From Bugula neritina (taxonomy: Eukaryota; Animalia; Bryozoa), in NCBI GenBank assembly GCA_964035545.1, contig OZ037766.1, forward strand, positions 14,126,722-14,190,721: a DNA stretch of 64,000 bases. Direction: 5' to 3'. How positions within the stretch are numbered: position 1 is the first letter of the stretch; each line of letters begins with the position of its first letter. Of the stretch, positions 49,709 through 63,600 are shown piece by piece. The translations under genes were made by a program, and so were the position numbers. A model generated the notes under the pieces. It saw nothing but the letters and a program-made list of their open reading frames with translations, was not told where the DNA came from and did no database searches.

Positions 49709-50125
49709 AATAGACCCGTTTCAGAGGTTCCCAATATCCCCTTTGCAATTAAAAGTTGTGTTCTTTCAAAATGAAAATTGTTGAACAAAATAAACCCGAA
49801 AGAATTTTTGGAGTTTTGGATGCTGAGCAATGCTGAAGTGCCACTTCAGTGTTGCCCAGTAACTAAAACCACAAAAATGCTTTCGAGTTTATTTTCCTCA
49901 AAAATTATCTTGAAGAAATATTTGTGAAAACCATTTTTCAACTGCTAATATGTGTGCTTATACCAAAATATCTATCTCCTAAAAGAACAAATCTATAGCA
50001 TAATTAGAATTTCAAGTAGCAACCAAATTTTTAATGAGTTTGCTCTTGATACAAAGGTTCATCTTATTCACTTAGGGAGGACACAGTTTTAAAGGAGATA
50101 TCGAGACCTCTAAAGAAGGTCTATT
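49709..50125. mobile_element. Foldback MITE with ~35-bp imperfect TIRs and a long internal inverted repeat
   Basis: AATAGACCCGTTTCAGAGGTTCCCAATATCCCCTTT ... AAAGGAGATATCGAGACCTCTAAAGAAGGTCTATT, with an internal hairpin centred on GCTGAAGTG-C-CACTTCAGT (~49790-49890). Confidence 0.7.
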
Positions 50126-50356
50126 GCAAGAAATATTAGTCAGTGAGCAACAAATTATAAACATCAAGTGCACAAGTTTTACCATAAATATATTTTCAAA
50201 CATACATTTTTTGTATTTAGACTTTTTTGTGTTACTCATAAAAAACTGAGCAAGTTAAGGCTATAGCAATGTCTCAATTAAATGTTTTCTATTCATGCTG
50301 TTCTTTTTAGTATAGGATTGCTCCAAGATTGAATTCTGAAAGATGTAATTCTAATC

Positions 50357-53300
50357 ATGGATCATTCAACTCACCAATTTGTGGTAAATAAATTTCTACT
50401 ATAAACTAGTACTAAAATGTCTCTAAAGATCATTTGTTCACTGATTTGTAACTACCTACAGGACTAATACTGCCATTCAAAATTTTAAGTATACAAGCTT
50501 CTAAGTTTGTTCAAGTCTTCTGTCAACTTTCTACTATAGTTGCAGATTTATTCAATCAACTATTTTTGAATTCTAGGACTTCACAATTTGGTAAATTTTG
50601 AAGTAGTTGATAGACGTCGCTGTAACTTTGAGAAGTCCTATAACAGAACGGTTTGATCAAATTCTAGGATTGAAGAATCATTTCATACTTGGAATTTTTA
50701 CTAAATTATCTAGTTGATGTATACTTATGCTTTCATTTTTAAAAGACTCAAAAACTTGATTTTGATTAAATCTCTGAAGTTCCAGCTTGCATTCAGTTTT
50801 ATTGATATAATTGACAATGCATGTATATTTTCTACTTAAAGTTGTTATTATTGCGCTTTACTTTTAAAACAAATTCCTCAAGTTCTTTAGAGCAAAGCAA
50901 AGTCTTTCTTAATGAAGTTGATAGAATATATATTGTTTTTTATGGTGTGGCAAGGCACTAGGCAGTATTCTAGCCATAATTTAAGATCCTATTTTGTTAT
51001 AGAGTTGTGGTTTTGGTTTATGCTTATAGCATACTATTCTTGTAGATATGTTATAACTGTAATACGTCTCAGCATTGCAATGCCAAGGTGTGCACTGGAT
51101 GTGGTAAGTTATCGGATTGTTTTCTTGGAAAGATTAACTGAAATTATCTTGTTAACACTTCATAGTTTCTTAAAGATGCTCATTTATGCAGAATAGTAAT
51201 ATTCCGTTTTATAAGTTGTTAACACTTAGTGTGTGGAATAATGTGTTTCAGGGGCACCATTGGACTACCCTAGTCACCAATTTGCATCTCAAGGGCCTCA
51301 ACATGGCCCTCACGCATTCCAAGTGCAATCAAACGAAGTGGTATTCTCAAATACTGAGGTGGTGACAACTCCTTCATCCTCAGCGCAGTTACTGGAGAAT
51401 TATTCTTATCTGGTAATAAAATATATTCTCTCTTAAGCAAAATATTGATTACTGCAACATATATAACACTGTTTGTCGCAGCAATATACATAGCTTAATG
51501 TAAAATAGCAGATAGAATTTACGTGTTGATGTACCATATTGTTAATATTGGCATTTAATATCATATTTTTCATCAAAAATTGATTATAAGCTATTTTATT
51601 GAAGCTGGATATATAAAACTTTGTAAAACTTCATATTTCTAAGGTTTTATTTTCCTTCATTGGCACTAATTTTATTTGCCAGATAGTGTTTTCAAATATC
51701 ACACATGTTGTTCAGCTTGGTTTTTATATTAGCTAGTGCCAGTAAATTTCTATGTTTTATCAAAGTTTGTATACTTCAAGTTCTCTTAGTATTGGGGTTG
51801 GAGTTTATGATGCTCTATAGTCCCCAAAAAGCTGCATTCCTTACTGGAAATATTGATTAAACTTTCAGCTCAGCGTGACACTTTGTAATAACATTGATGG
51901 TTGATGTGTTATTTCAGTTACAGCAGCTGGAAACAAGTGGATTTCGATTCTACTCAGTTATATACAACCCTCAAAGCAGATCTAGTGATGTGAAGTACAC
52001 TGGTATTTCCGAAGAAATAGTTGCAAGCATCAACGAAACTCTAAAACCTTGCTTTCCTAAACCTGCAAGTGGGTTATAAGTTTAGCATTAGTTTTTCATT
52101 TCAGTTGTACTATTTTTTCTCAAATTTTTTTATTGATGAAATGTGTAACCTTATACCTTTGTTATTACAGAAAAACGTCGGAAGTCAGCAGTATCCAATA
52201 AGGCGGGTGATGAAGAGAAGAAATACTCATGTCCTCATCCTGGATGTGACTATCGCACAAAGTACTCGTGGCACGTGAAGCACCACATGAGACAGCACAC
52301 TGGTGAAAAACCGTATCACTGCAACATCTGCAGCTACCGCTCTGCCGACAAACCTACCTTTAGGAAACATAAGTTGTTGCATCAACTAAATACGCAATTC
52401 AAGTGTCAAACTTGTTCTCTGAGTTTTTTTAAGGAAAGAGGCTTAAATTTACACAATACCTTTGTCCATGGCATGAAAGCTAAGAAAGCTGGTTTGTATG
52501 ATGCAGCTAGTGGTAAGTGGAAATGTCAGGTGTGTGATGGCTTGTTCTCCAATTCATTAGCTCTGATGGAACATCAGCGTACCCATACTGGCGAAAAACC
52601 CTATGCCTGTGATAAGTGTGCATATAGGGCTTCTCATACAAGCTCTTTGAAAATCCACATGAAAAACCATGAAAATATGGAATCAAAAGCTCTAAACTGT
52701 AAACGCTGCAGCTTCCGTACAGACTACTATTCAATTCTTGGACTCCACATTAAAAATTTTCACCCAGAAGACAATATTGCTCCAGAAACTCCTGTGAACT
52801 TAAAAGCAGCTGTAAAGCGGGTAGTAAAGCACAGAGGTCCGTGGAAGTGTCAGCTGTGTGATATTGAAACTGCCACGAGGAAAGAACTTGAGCTGCATCG
52901 CAAGAAGAGCCACATTAAAAAGGAATCCATTCCATACATGGGGGTCATCGGTGAAGGAGAAAACAAAACTTTTCACTGTAAAATGTGTAAATTTACTTCC
53001 AGTGATCAAAGTGAAAGTAAACAACATAGCGAAAAGCACATGGTCAGGAACTTCGCTTGTGACCTGTGTCCATACAAAACAATTTCGATTGGTTGCCTGA
53101 ATAGACACAAGTTGCGGTTGCATAAAATTAAACCTGTTCGGAGTTGCTCTTTGTGCAATTTCACTTGCGAATCTATGAAAGAGTTCAACAAGCATAAGAA
53201 AACACATGATATCACTCCTCAGCGTAAAGTTTCACCACTAGTGTGTTCAAAGTGTTCTTTTACAACTTCTTCTCGCGATCTGTTTGACAGCCATATGAAT

Positions 53301-54431
53301 TCAAACTGCCATGAAGTCAGTTTCACGTGTGATATCTGTAGTTTCACTGTGGATAATGAGAATGAGTTGGAACTCCACCAACAGCTTCACAAGTTTGGTC
53401 CAAAAACAACCACCAAAGCAGGTTCTTATCATATTTAATTTCTATAATATTTTAATAATACAGTTTGTGTTTCATGCTTCTTGGTGGCTTGTATCTTCGT
53501 ACTTCATTCTGTTACTTATGCATTGCCAATATTTTTATTTGTAGAAGCCGAAATGTCTTTAGAGCGAAATAGGCAATTGATTCATGCAGACTCAGTAACG
53601 CCAACCACTGCACACAATTCTCAAGTCTTCAAGCGGTCAGATACCTCTAAAAGCAGAGTTCTGAAGTCATCAAAAAAGGGTGCTAATAATATTTTGACCA
53701 CGGCTAAATCCTCTTCACCAGTTAAGCTCTCCGTGAAAGTTCCAGTACAGCCACCTAAGCTTGCAGAGGTTGTGGTTATGTCAGCCAGTAAACCCTCTTC
53801 TAAAGCTAGTCCTTCAACCCCACTCAACGTGAGCCCAGCTGCTACAACCTCCAAAATTTCTACCTCCAATCTCAAAGCTGCTGCTGGTAAGTTCTAAAAA
53901 CTCATTTTTTCGGGTAAATCTATTGTTGAGAAACAATCATGCGACCCTATCGCTAATCACATTCATGACAATCACTTGACAATATTATGCTAACTAATTG
54001 CTGTACTAGAATCGCTGTATACTTGTTTATCCCTTCTCTTCCGTTTTATGTAAAACAAACCATAGTGCTGTTTTTCATTCTAATAATTATTTTATTATTA
54101 ATTAAATCAGTCAATCAGTTTGCTCGATAAGTTAAATCATCAGTCAATATAAATATCAGTAACGTATTTTATAATTAATACTTTACACAATTGCCACACA
54201 TTCAACATTTATAGTTGCTTTGTGTTTTGTCGTCGCAATATAACTGTTGCATTACTTTAGATACTGAATGCAATTCCAGCATTATGCAGAGTGATTCTGA
54301 GACTACTACCAGTATTGTAGTAAAAACACTTCCAACAGGTAATTAAATGATATTTTTGAGTATTATTTCATATATAATCATCTGTAGTGATATTTTCTAA
54401 TTTTATCTTTTTCTATTTAGATGTTGAATAA
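50357..54431 (+). CDS. C2H2 zinc-finger protein (12 fingers) with the same N-terminal module; tandem paralog B
   Basis: Eight in-phase exons with the same phases as paralog A: 50357-50383, 51046-51103, 51252-51412, 51918-52068, 52171-53421, 53545-53886, 54261-54338 and 54421-54431. The fingers are colinear with paralog A one-for-one. Confidence 0.88.
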
Positions 54432-55014
54432 ATCCGCTCTCACCAAGTCTGCAGCCAGTACAGATTGCACAAGTTGCTTTTATCATATGTTTATCTTCGT
54501 TTTATTGTGTTTAATAAGTTTGTCACTTGATAAATAATAGTTGTTCATTAGAATATTATTGCACATTTAAAGCCCATTTCTGAAAAGCAGTATGCATACT
54601 GAGACTCTATCATCAAGTTTTTGCTGCTACTTCTTGTTTTTGCTTTCAGAACAAATAAAGCTGTGTGTTTATTTTATTAATTAGTCTTGATGTATGTTAC
54701 CTTTATGCTTTTACTCTCTGTAAGCTTTGTATCTTCATAAAATGTATAATAAATGCATAAAAATGAGAAATTTAAATCATATCAATAAAATTGCAATCTG
54801 TATAATATTTCTATTTAGTCTAATTGTTTCAAAATGTTTAATTATCAGCTTATATTACTGGTTACTACTTACTTGTTACATTTCTTACATTTTGTTACAT
54901 ACTTTGTTGTTTTGTATACTTATCAGAGGTGTATGGCAGGCTGAAAGTTAGGACACAGCTATATGTTTCTGTCAAACTTATAATTCATGCTGAGTTGCAT
55001 TAGCCAAAAATATA

Positions 55015-58000
55015 TAGTCTAGAAGTAACCACCAATTTCACTCATTACACTCCGAGAGGTGGCCACGCAATTTTTTTAGAAATAGAGAGTTTTAAGGGTC
55101 CTAATTAATCTGTGAAAACTCTAGACTGTTCTGTGCACCCAGTTAACCACAAAAGCACTTCAAACTTTTAAAAAGAACCAGGAGTTGTCTTCTCTCAACA
55201 TTTTTGTGAATCGGCTAAATATCTTGGAACTATTAAGGCTAATTTATTTTATATAAGCAAAATAATTTTGCTGATAGTTATAGATACTCTTTTCACTTTT
55301 TTGTTATAAAAACTCTAAATTTTTCTGTCCACCCAGTTTGTCACAAAAGCGCTTTAAACTTTTGCAAGAGTTGTTTCCCCACAACTTTGTTTAAATCTGT
55401 TGAGTATTATCTTGAAATTATTAAAGCTAGTTTATTATATATACAAGCAAAAACTTTTGCAGATAATCATAGACGTGTTTTTCACTTCTCTGAGTTTCAT
55501 TTTAATGATTTTCTTGTGAAAACATCTGAAAAAATAAGGAATAAATGGACGAAAACAAGCAAAGGAATGGGTTTTTTAGTTATAAGGCAAACATTATTAT
55601 CTAACAGCTATAAAAAAGCCGAATTATAAGTAAATCTGTGTCTAATAATAATTTGCTTCATGATTTTTATTATAATAACTATTTTTACAAAAAAGTGATG
55701 AGAAGCATGAGCAGGTTGGTCTGGACTCCGGAAGATAATATTTTAAATGTGTGCGATTGAGCTTTGCCAATAAATTTAAGCTGAACTATATATACATAAG
55801 CAATATGGTTTTTAAAACAATGCTATTGGTTAAAATGCATATTTTTATACTTTCATAATATAATGACTCTAGAGTCAATTTAGCTCAGTTATAGTTACTG
55901 AAGAAATACCCTAAAGCTTTCCTATAATTTAAAATATATATGGTTATAAATTTAAGCCACCAATTAGAAAAATGATCTTGGGTTGCCTTATTCTAAGATC
56001 GTAGGCATGTACTTTTTTCATGTGTGCCATTTGTCACAAAATAATAATTTCTTATCAGCAAATAAAACAAGCTGCATTTTGCTGCATTTTTGTGTGAAAA
56101 ATGGAGTAAAAATACTTAAGAGAACAATATCGTTATTATAGTTGTTGCATACCAAAAAAAGTGCATTCAGCTAGAATTTTTCAAACATGGTGGAATTCCT
56201 AAGAAAACAGAACTCAAATGTTTACAATTAGATCATGAGGAGGCAGATACACAAACTTTGTTACATGCAAAATATCTTATGAACATCATAAGCCCAATTA
56301 TATTTTTTCAGGGGGGGGGGGGTTATCATGATGTCATCCTAGATAGAAGCTAGGCTAAATTTTCTACTTAGACGCTAGTTATTTATTTTGGTAAAATGTA
56401 TTTTTATACGTGCAATTTATTTTAATATTATTGAAATATATGTATATTAAAATAAACTTGGATCAATTGCTTGTTATTTAGCACATAAATAAATTCTTTT
56501 GATCAGCATTGACTTATTAATTTTGTATATTTTATACATCTTGCATGTTGTTTGAAAAGATATTTTGTTAGTAAGTATCCATTAAAGATAGTATCTATTA
56601 TTAATGTATTATTACTTCTTAATGTCTCACACAAATTCGTAAAAATAATAGAATATTATTTTAGATAATTTATTTTATATACTATAGTTATTAGCATATT
56701 AGCTATTTAGCAATCAATACAACAGTTATATAGGTAATATTATTATATATTATGATAACAAAATAAAAATAGGGAGGAAACCATAGTCATATTAGTATAG
56801 GTATTTGGAAGTCAACATTACAGCAAATAAATCCGGACTGCAGTTGTGTGCAGCACTTACTAGATTTCATGCTTTAACAGGTTGTGATTCGAGCATAGTG
56901 CTTTTTATGAAAAAAACATAGCACACAGCCTACTCCCTTTTGAGAAAATATTCAGAATGTATGGGAAGCTTCGAACACCTTTGGAAGTATTTCAAGCTGC
57001 CAGCCATTACAGAGGCTGAAGTAGAACAATTTGTCTATAAACTTCATGGAGCAGGAAATTTAAACATAGATGATGTCCAATACACTGTATTTTGTTCACC
57101 GTCTAAAATAACTCAATACAGTTTGCCTCCAACAAAAGATGAATTAAGTTTGCACGCAAAAAGAGCAAGTTATCAGCCAGCCATTTGGAGAAGGGTGACA
57201 ACAGCCTATATTGATGCACCACTCTCAAACATCATGGAAAGATTGTTCAGAATCATGGCAGCATAAATATAAAGTGGATGATTCAAGCTTCCGAACCTGA
57301 ACATGTATGTTGCAAAGTTTGAACTGCTCCTATAAGACTGACTGCAACATATCAAGATGTGGATGTCAGAAGTCTTAAATGCAGTGCATGCCCTGATGTT
57401 TGTCAATGTAAGAATTGTCTGAAAAGAAGGGCTATATTGCTATATTGGGGAAAAAGAAGCTGATGAGACTGACGACCGTGACAATGATGACGAGAATACT
57501 TTTTCATAATGAAGCATTATTTTTAGACATTTGTTCTATATTTTGTTACTGCCAATTTGATTTTGATTATCTCTCATGCTTCTTTTTCTCTAAATAATTT
57601 TACAGAATCTTGTTGATTTTTGCAGATGTTAAACGGCTACTGACAGACTATAGCAAATGATTCACTTGGGCTGTGCTCAAAAGATTTCAATATTTATTCA
57701 TATCAAGATTTATTTTGTGCTATAATTTTATAAATATAGTTTTTTTTTCATACATCAGCATGACTTTTTTTTATTTTTGTATAAATAACTTGGTCATACA
57801 ATTATTCTGCATGCTTATGCCGCATGCAATATGTCGATTCATAACAGACATATATGTTTATATGAACAACTTGGTTTTAATTTGAGAAAGCCTCTTGTGC
57901 GCAGTCTTTAAATTCAGTATCAGCATAGAATTCTAAGTAAGAGGCAATTATTTTTGGTATTTCAGCAAATATTTTTTCTTCAACATAGCTTGGTAAAATT

Positions 58001-58222
58001 GCATACTATTTTGCACAATCCACATTTCTTTTTATCACCCACCCAAAATGCCGATTTGTTTTTTACAATATCTTGAGTTTGGGTAAAGATAGAATTCTAG
58101 AGTTTGTAGATTCAGAATCAGCACAAAATTTTGATCTAGAAACAATTTTTTTTGAGTAGCCACCTAGTAAAGTGTAATAAGCCAATTTTTTGAGCACTTT
58201 TTGGGAGGTTACTTCTAAACTA
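55015..58222 (+). mobile_element. Decayed Academ-type DNA transposon (XPG/PIN-like nuclease remnants plus Cys-rich tail) with both TIRs
   Basis: TIRs TAGTCTAGAAGTAACC / GGTTACTTCTAAACTA with 3-bp ATA on both sides. Coding remnants: DHEEADTQTLLHAK (~56230), ALTRFHALTGCDS (~56855), LPPTKDELSLHAKRASYQPAIWRR (56940-57266) and a broken CxC-type Cys cluster (~57300-57420). TAG..CTA termini and a 3-4-bp TSD are Academ hallmarks. Confidence 0.82.
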
Positions 58223-60678
58223 ATATATAATATCTACAGTAGATGTTTATAAATCTATGAAGTATGCTATTATAATTTGAGTTGGCCCTATCAGTTTTAC
58301 AAAAGCTAAACTTGCACACAGAAGTTGCCAATAGAGATTTTAAATGATCAATTTTGATTTGAGTATTTTCAAGAAGAATTCTAAGTTTCAACTTACTTAT
58401 TGAAGCAATGATGACACATTTGTAGTACTTGGTTATATTATTAAATATTCAACTACCTGGCGTATTTCAACCAATAGCGGTTTTTTAATTCTAAAAATAT
58501 AATGTATAAGGTAAGAAGACAAAAATGCATATAAATGAAGCTGCTATTGAGGTATTATTTAACCTAAGGCGTAATGTTGCAAAACTAACACTGGTATAAC
58601 TTCTGTTTGTGAAAGAATGAATGCAATGAAGAGTAGAAGTAGTTCCAGAGCTGGCGCTTTTTGAGTAATTTTAGTTTTAGTCAATATTTTTTTAGCATGA
58701 GAAGTTGCTTCTGAAGTAAATTAGGGAGAGGGGGTTAACTTCAAATGCTTTGCCACACAAAAGTGCATACCAGTAATCTAAATTCTAAGACAAGCAAAAA
58801 TCTGCACCAATATGGCCAGAACTTTTATTTTAATGAAGTAGGGGAATGTTGGTTTTTTTAAATGACCCTGTAAGGCAGATGCACAGATTTACTAATCCTA
58901 TAATAATGTGGCAATGAGTGAAAGATGAAACCTGCAGCTTCCTAATATTATGGTGCTAGTAACTTCTATGATGAGTATATTAAAATTTAAAGTTGGGATA
59001 ACTACTCAACCCGATGTTTATTGAGGCATCCATCAAATTTCTGTTTTACAAATTTTGCAAATTCTTTGATATTTGCCAATTATGCTTTTTAACTTATATG
59101 TAAGGCATACATAAAAGAGTCAATGCGCAGAAGTGTTCCTTTTTTCACTAGTTTGAATTGAGAATTGACAAAGCAGTTTAGTATGTTGTAAGAACTAAGA
59201 ACTACTACTTATATACATACCATATATTTGAAAAAAATATGAAATAAAAAATAATCAACAGTGAAAATTCAAAAAAGCTTAAAAAACGCTTAGAAAGTTC
59301 CAAAATAACTTACAAATTCAGTGTACACTTTCATATTTGAAAAGAAAAGAAATGCTGCAATATTGGCTGCTAATAGGCTAGAATGGCATATAAAGTCAAA
59401 GCACAGCTCACCATATTATACACTTTTACCAATAATATAGATCATATACCTAACTACACCATTTACATGCAATTGTTTAAAGTCTCCATCCTTGATATAT
59501 AGTGCTGACGGTAGAGGTTTTAATTAGGATGACAAGAGGAAAGGATTCTCAACATGTTTTTACCTGTAGCACAGATCGATAATAAACAGCAACAGGAAAG
59601 GTGGCTGGGCAGCTTTTTAATCAATGTTTATACTGTGTCATGTGCTGTCATGTACAGTACTGCATGCTGACATAACAATATACATATGCAGTCATCAGCA
59701 AGTGTCTCCAGACCCTTTATAATCTTGAGTTTCTCATATGATGTTTGGTCCAAGAATCATGTTCACAACCTATGGCCAACATAGGTCTAAGTACATGATA
59801 TGTTTACGTCATACTACGCCAGCAGTCGAACTACTACACCACTGTGCGTTCTCTATTTAAAACCTACGGATCATTTAATTAAATACTGATTAGTTCTCTT
59901 GAATTGGTCCTTATTTGTAATCTACAATGGCCAGTTTTCAGCATGCTTCATAGCATACATAGGGCATTGGAGTTACCTACTCATTTTAGAGCTAACAGAA
60001 TTACAACTGATGAACAAGTGAATGGCTTTCAAAACTGCCTTCAGAGGAAAATAAGGCAGAGCTTTGCTATATAATATTATTTAATTACCTCTACCCTTTG
60101 AAAATACCACCACTTACCAGCAAGAGTTATAGGAAAAGCCCAATAGTTCTATTAGAGAATATTGTTATTGGAGACTGGAGAAATTTTCACCAACAACCAA
60201 GAATTTATTTACTTTATGTATGCCATTGGAACTTTTGATAAGCCAGAGATAATTTAAGGGAATAGAATTTCTTAACTTGACAGTTCAATCTTAAAGACAG
60301 CAACTATAAGGCATTTTTAGGCCAGCTTTTGAGTGTTTTTAGTTTCTAATAAATAGTTATTACAACAGCTAGTTATTTATTGCATTAAAACATCTTTCTG
60401 CATGTAGATTAGAGTTTAACTGATTACCAGACAGTGCGGCCAACAGGAAATTCTTTCAAAGTATTATAGGATATAAAATATGTACAATGCATTAGCAGCA
60501 AAAACTTACAAACATAAGCATCTTATTTCAAGTATTTTCCTTACAATAAGTCAACCATGTAAAGTTTGATGAGGTTACATGGTGGAACCAAATAGATGAT
60601 GATTCAAAATGTATAAATTTATTAATATAATTATATTTTAATAAATGTAGTTCAATAAAAAAAAATTGCTGGTTATGG

Positions 60679-63600
60679 TCAATCTTGACAAATCCACAAA
60701 TCTTCTAGATCTTTACACTCCCATTTTAACAGCTTGCTAGGTGTTGAATGATTCAATGCAACATCTGCATGTCTTGATTTCGCTTTCTTCACTTTCCTAG
60801 TCTCGCTCTTCATCAACTAAAATGGTTACAATAATTAAATACTTTAAAACAAAATTGGTGTGTTAAAAGATGCAACTCAACATCAGCTTGGTTTAAAAAC
60901 AAGAACTTGAAACAAATGAAGATTGTTTGAACTATATTTTATATTGCTATACCGCATCATAGTTTCCCTCCAGTAGCACATCTAATGATGACTCAACTTT
61001 GGGCAAAACTTGCTCAATCCTTCTTGCCTCTGTAGCTACACGGTGATGCCAATGTTTCTGTAAGGTCTAAAAATAAGCAAAACCTGTTTACCATACAGTC
61101 CCTTCACGCACAGTGATGAATATTGCCCACAAGGCATAAACCTGTGTATTTTTATCAAACCCAGATGGGCTGTAAACCTGCCTAACACTGACAATTAAAC
61201 TGAATTAAACACCTGTTACATACATATCTATTACACACATGTCAGCTTCACAAGTAAGAGCCCACAATCTATTCACCTTTATACTAGATTTCTATATATG
61301 AGCTCACACTCATTTAGATGAAAACTTATGTAGCGTCACTATCATAAAATAAACTAACTTTAATCTCCCACAGCGAGCTTTCTGCAGCTCGACACTTTGA
61401 CAAATCAGCCTGAAGAGGCAGAAAAGGATCGGTCTGCTCATCACAGCAGGTGTCTCTGTGAATCAGGAACCTGCATGTGTTGTGTCGGATCAGCAGATTG
61501 ATAATGAACTCAATGACGAGCAAGGCCGCAGACGGTGGAGCAGTCAACGCCATTCTGGCCAACTTCTTTATGAAGGCAGCAGTGATGTAGGTGGGAAGTA
61601 ACCTAGAAGTTAGTGTAACATGAAACAGTATAATATCCCCCGTACAGTCTACAAATTTCATAGAATCAGCTTTTGGAATACCTGAAAACAGTTAGATTTT
61701 AGAGACAATAGAAAAACATGGAAGTAAAAACAATATTCAAAATAATTAAATTCTTGTACTTGAATATGAACGCATGCAGGTAATACAAATACAGAATTAA
61801 AATTAAAGAAAATTGTCTATTATTGCCCTATCCTAAAACTTGTAGCTGTGGTAGTTTCTGGTTGTACCAGCAAACATATTCAATAGTTTTACGTGAAGGA
61901 CTAGCAATTAGATTCTGCCAAATTATACATAAAATAAGAATCTGTACTTACAATGACTGTAGAAATATGTCCAGTAGATGGAAGAATCGAGCCATATACT
62001 TGACAGAAAAGATTTCTGTGCTCATTATGCTGTACAGTTTTGTGTAGAAGTCAGGATATTCCAAAGAGTGTTGCGTCATCAGAATAAAAAGTCCATTGAG
62101 AGCCATTAGGCTGACTGCACCACCTTTAAGTATATATGAAGTAATGAAATAGTCATGGATTAACATAAACTATAGAAATTTCTATTACTAACTTGACAAA
62201 GATAAAACTCATTTTAATTCAATATGAAAGTAAGATATGATTCAAATGAAATTAGTAAAACTTACAAGGGCTAGCACAAAAACTTAGATGTGAAATTATC
62301 GTTACAGACAAATGACACAAACAAAAATAACAGTAAAATCGATCATATCAAATTTTATTTCAAAGGCATTTTATTGGCTATAAAAAACAGATAAACAACA
62401 TGCTAATATTATTGCAAAAATTATGGCAGCAATTGATGACTGTTGATGTGGTCTATAACCATAGGAGTTATGTTACTGACCTTTGTCATAGCAAGATAAC
62501 AGCCAATCAGATACAACCAAGGGGTCAGAAAGGTGAGGAATAATTTTATCTGGCAATGCAATAAGAATCTTCTTGTAGATGGCACTGGTCAACTGTAAGC
62601 ATAAATATAACATACAGAACCCACAGTCTGATAGAAATGTTACTCCATATGTCAACTTGTAAACTGAAGTAAAAGTGGATACTTAATTTACATACTTTGG
62701 TATTGAAGAATTCCAGCCACAATCTGGTATACAACTCTCTTTGAGCTTTGACACTAGTAATGCCAGATATTGCTACAACAGAGAAATATAGATTTTAATA
62801 TGCAGACAGCAAAGAAGTGACACATGCCAGTATTTACAGTTATTATTAGTTAATAATATGATGACACATACCATTATCTACAGGAATGAGCATGTTGGAG
62901 AGTTTTACTCCATTTGGGGGTAACTTAAGAATAGATAGGGCCGTGAGAGTATTTGTGAGGTGGTGGTTAGCAGTGAGATTTTCAGATTCTATACCGTCAG
63001 TTTTCTAAAATATATATAGAGAATAGATTAAACGTGAGTAAGATATGGAGTAACAGATGACACTAATGGCCAAGTATTCATTGGAAGCTCACAAATTTAA
63101 CATACATTAGGCCTTAGGAAATTAAATGTCTATGGTGAATATTTTCTTACAAAAAGAAAGGACAAAATGCCTTTCAGTCTGTACTGCTACAAAATAAAAA
63201 TAATTAAAATAATTTTGCAACTAGTTTCTGCCCAACACTTATTAAAAATTCAAACGTGATGAGCAAAAAATTACTATAATTTTACAGCCCAGAAGCTCAA
63301 TTGAAGAAATGGATGGACAAAACATCAAATTTTAATCAACTGATGGCCAAAAAAAACTTAATTCAATAGAATCCCTCCGTTAACTTATTTTAGTTGCCTT
63401 TATTTTCAAAGAAAAAGGTATGAAACTACAAATGAAAAATATTTTTACATAAAATTTGTTTTGCTTCAAAACTCTATATAATCGGTAATTTTTTATTTTT
63501 ATATTGGTCAAAAGCAAATGTATTACAATTTACTTAACTTTTGGTTTTGTTCTTGTCCCGAAAAAAGGAGAAAATGATTAAGGAATGTGAATGCACATAC

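Noticed and set aside
45165-53875. Antisense and alternative-frame ORFs over the ZNF exons
   Set aside because: They are shadow ORFs of the real zinc-finger coding exons.
59600-59760. Minus-strand CTGATGA followed by a stem, a possible hammerhead ribozyme or C/D snoRNA
   Set aside because: There is no GAAA after stem II and no D box (CTGA) at a suitable distance.
62432-62480. TGATGA...CTGA C/D-like pair in a NOC4L intron
   Set aside because: It is antisense to the host gene, too short and has no terminal stem.
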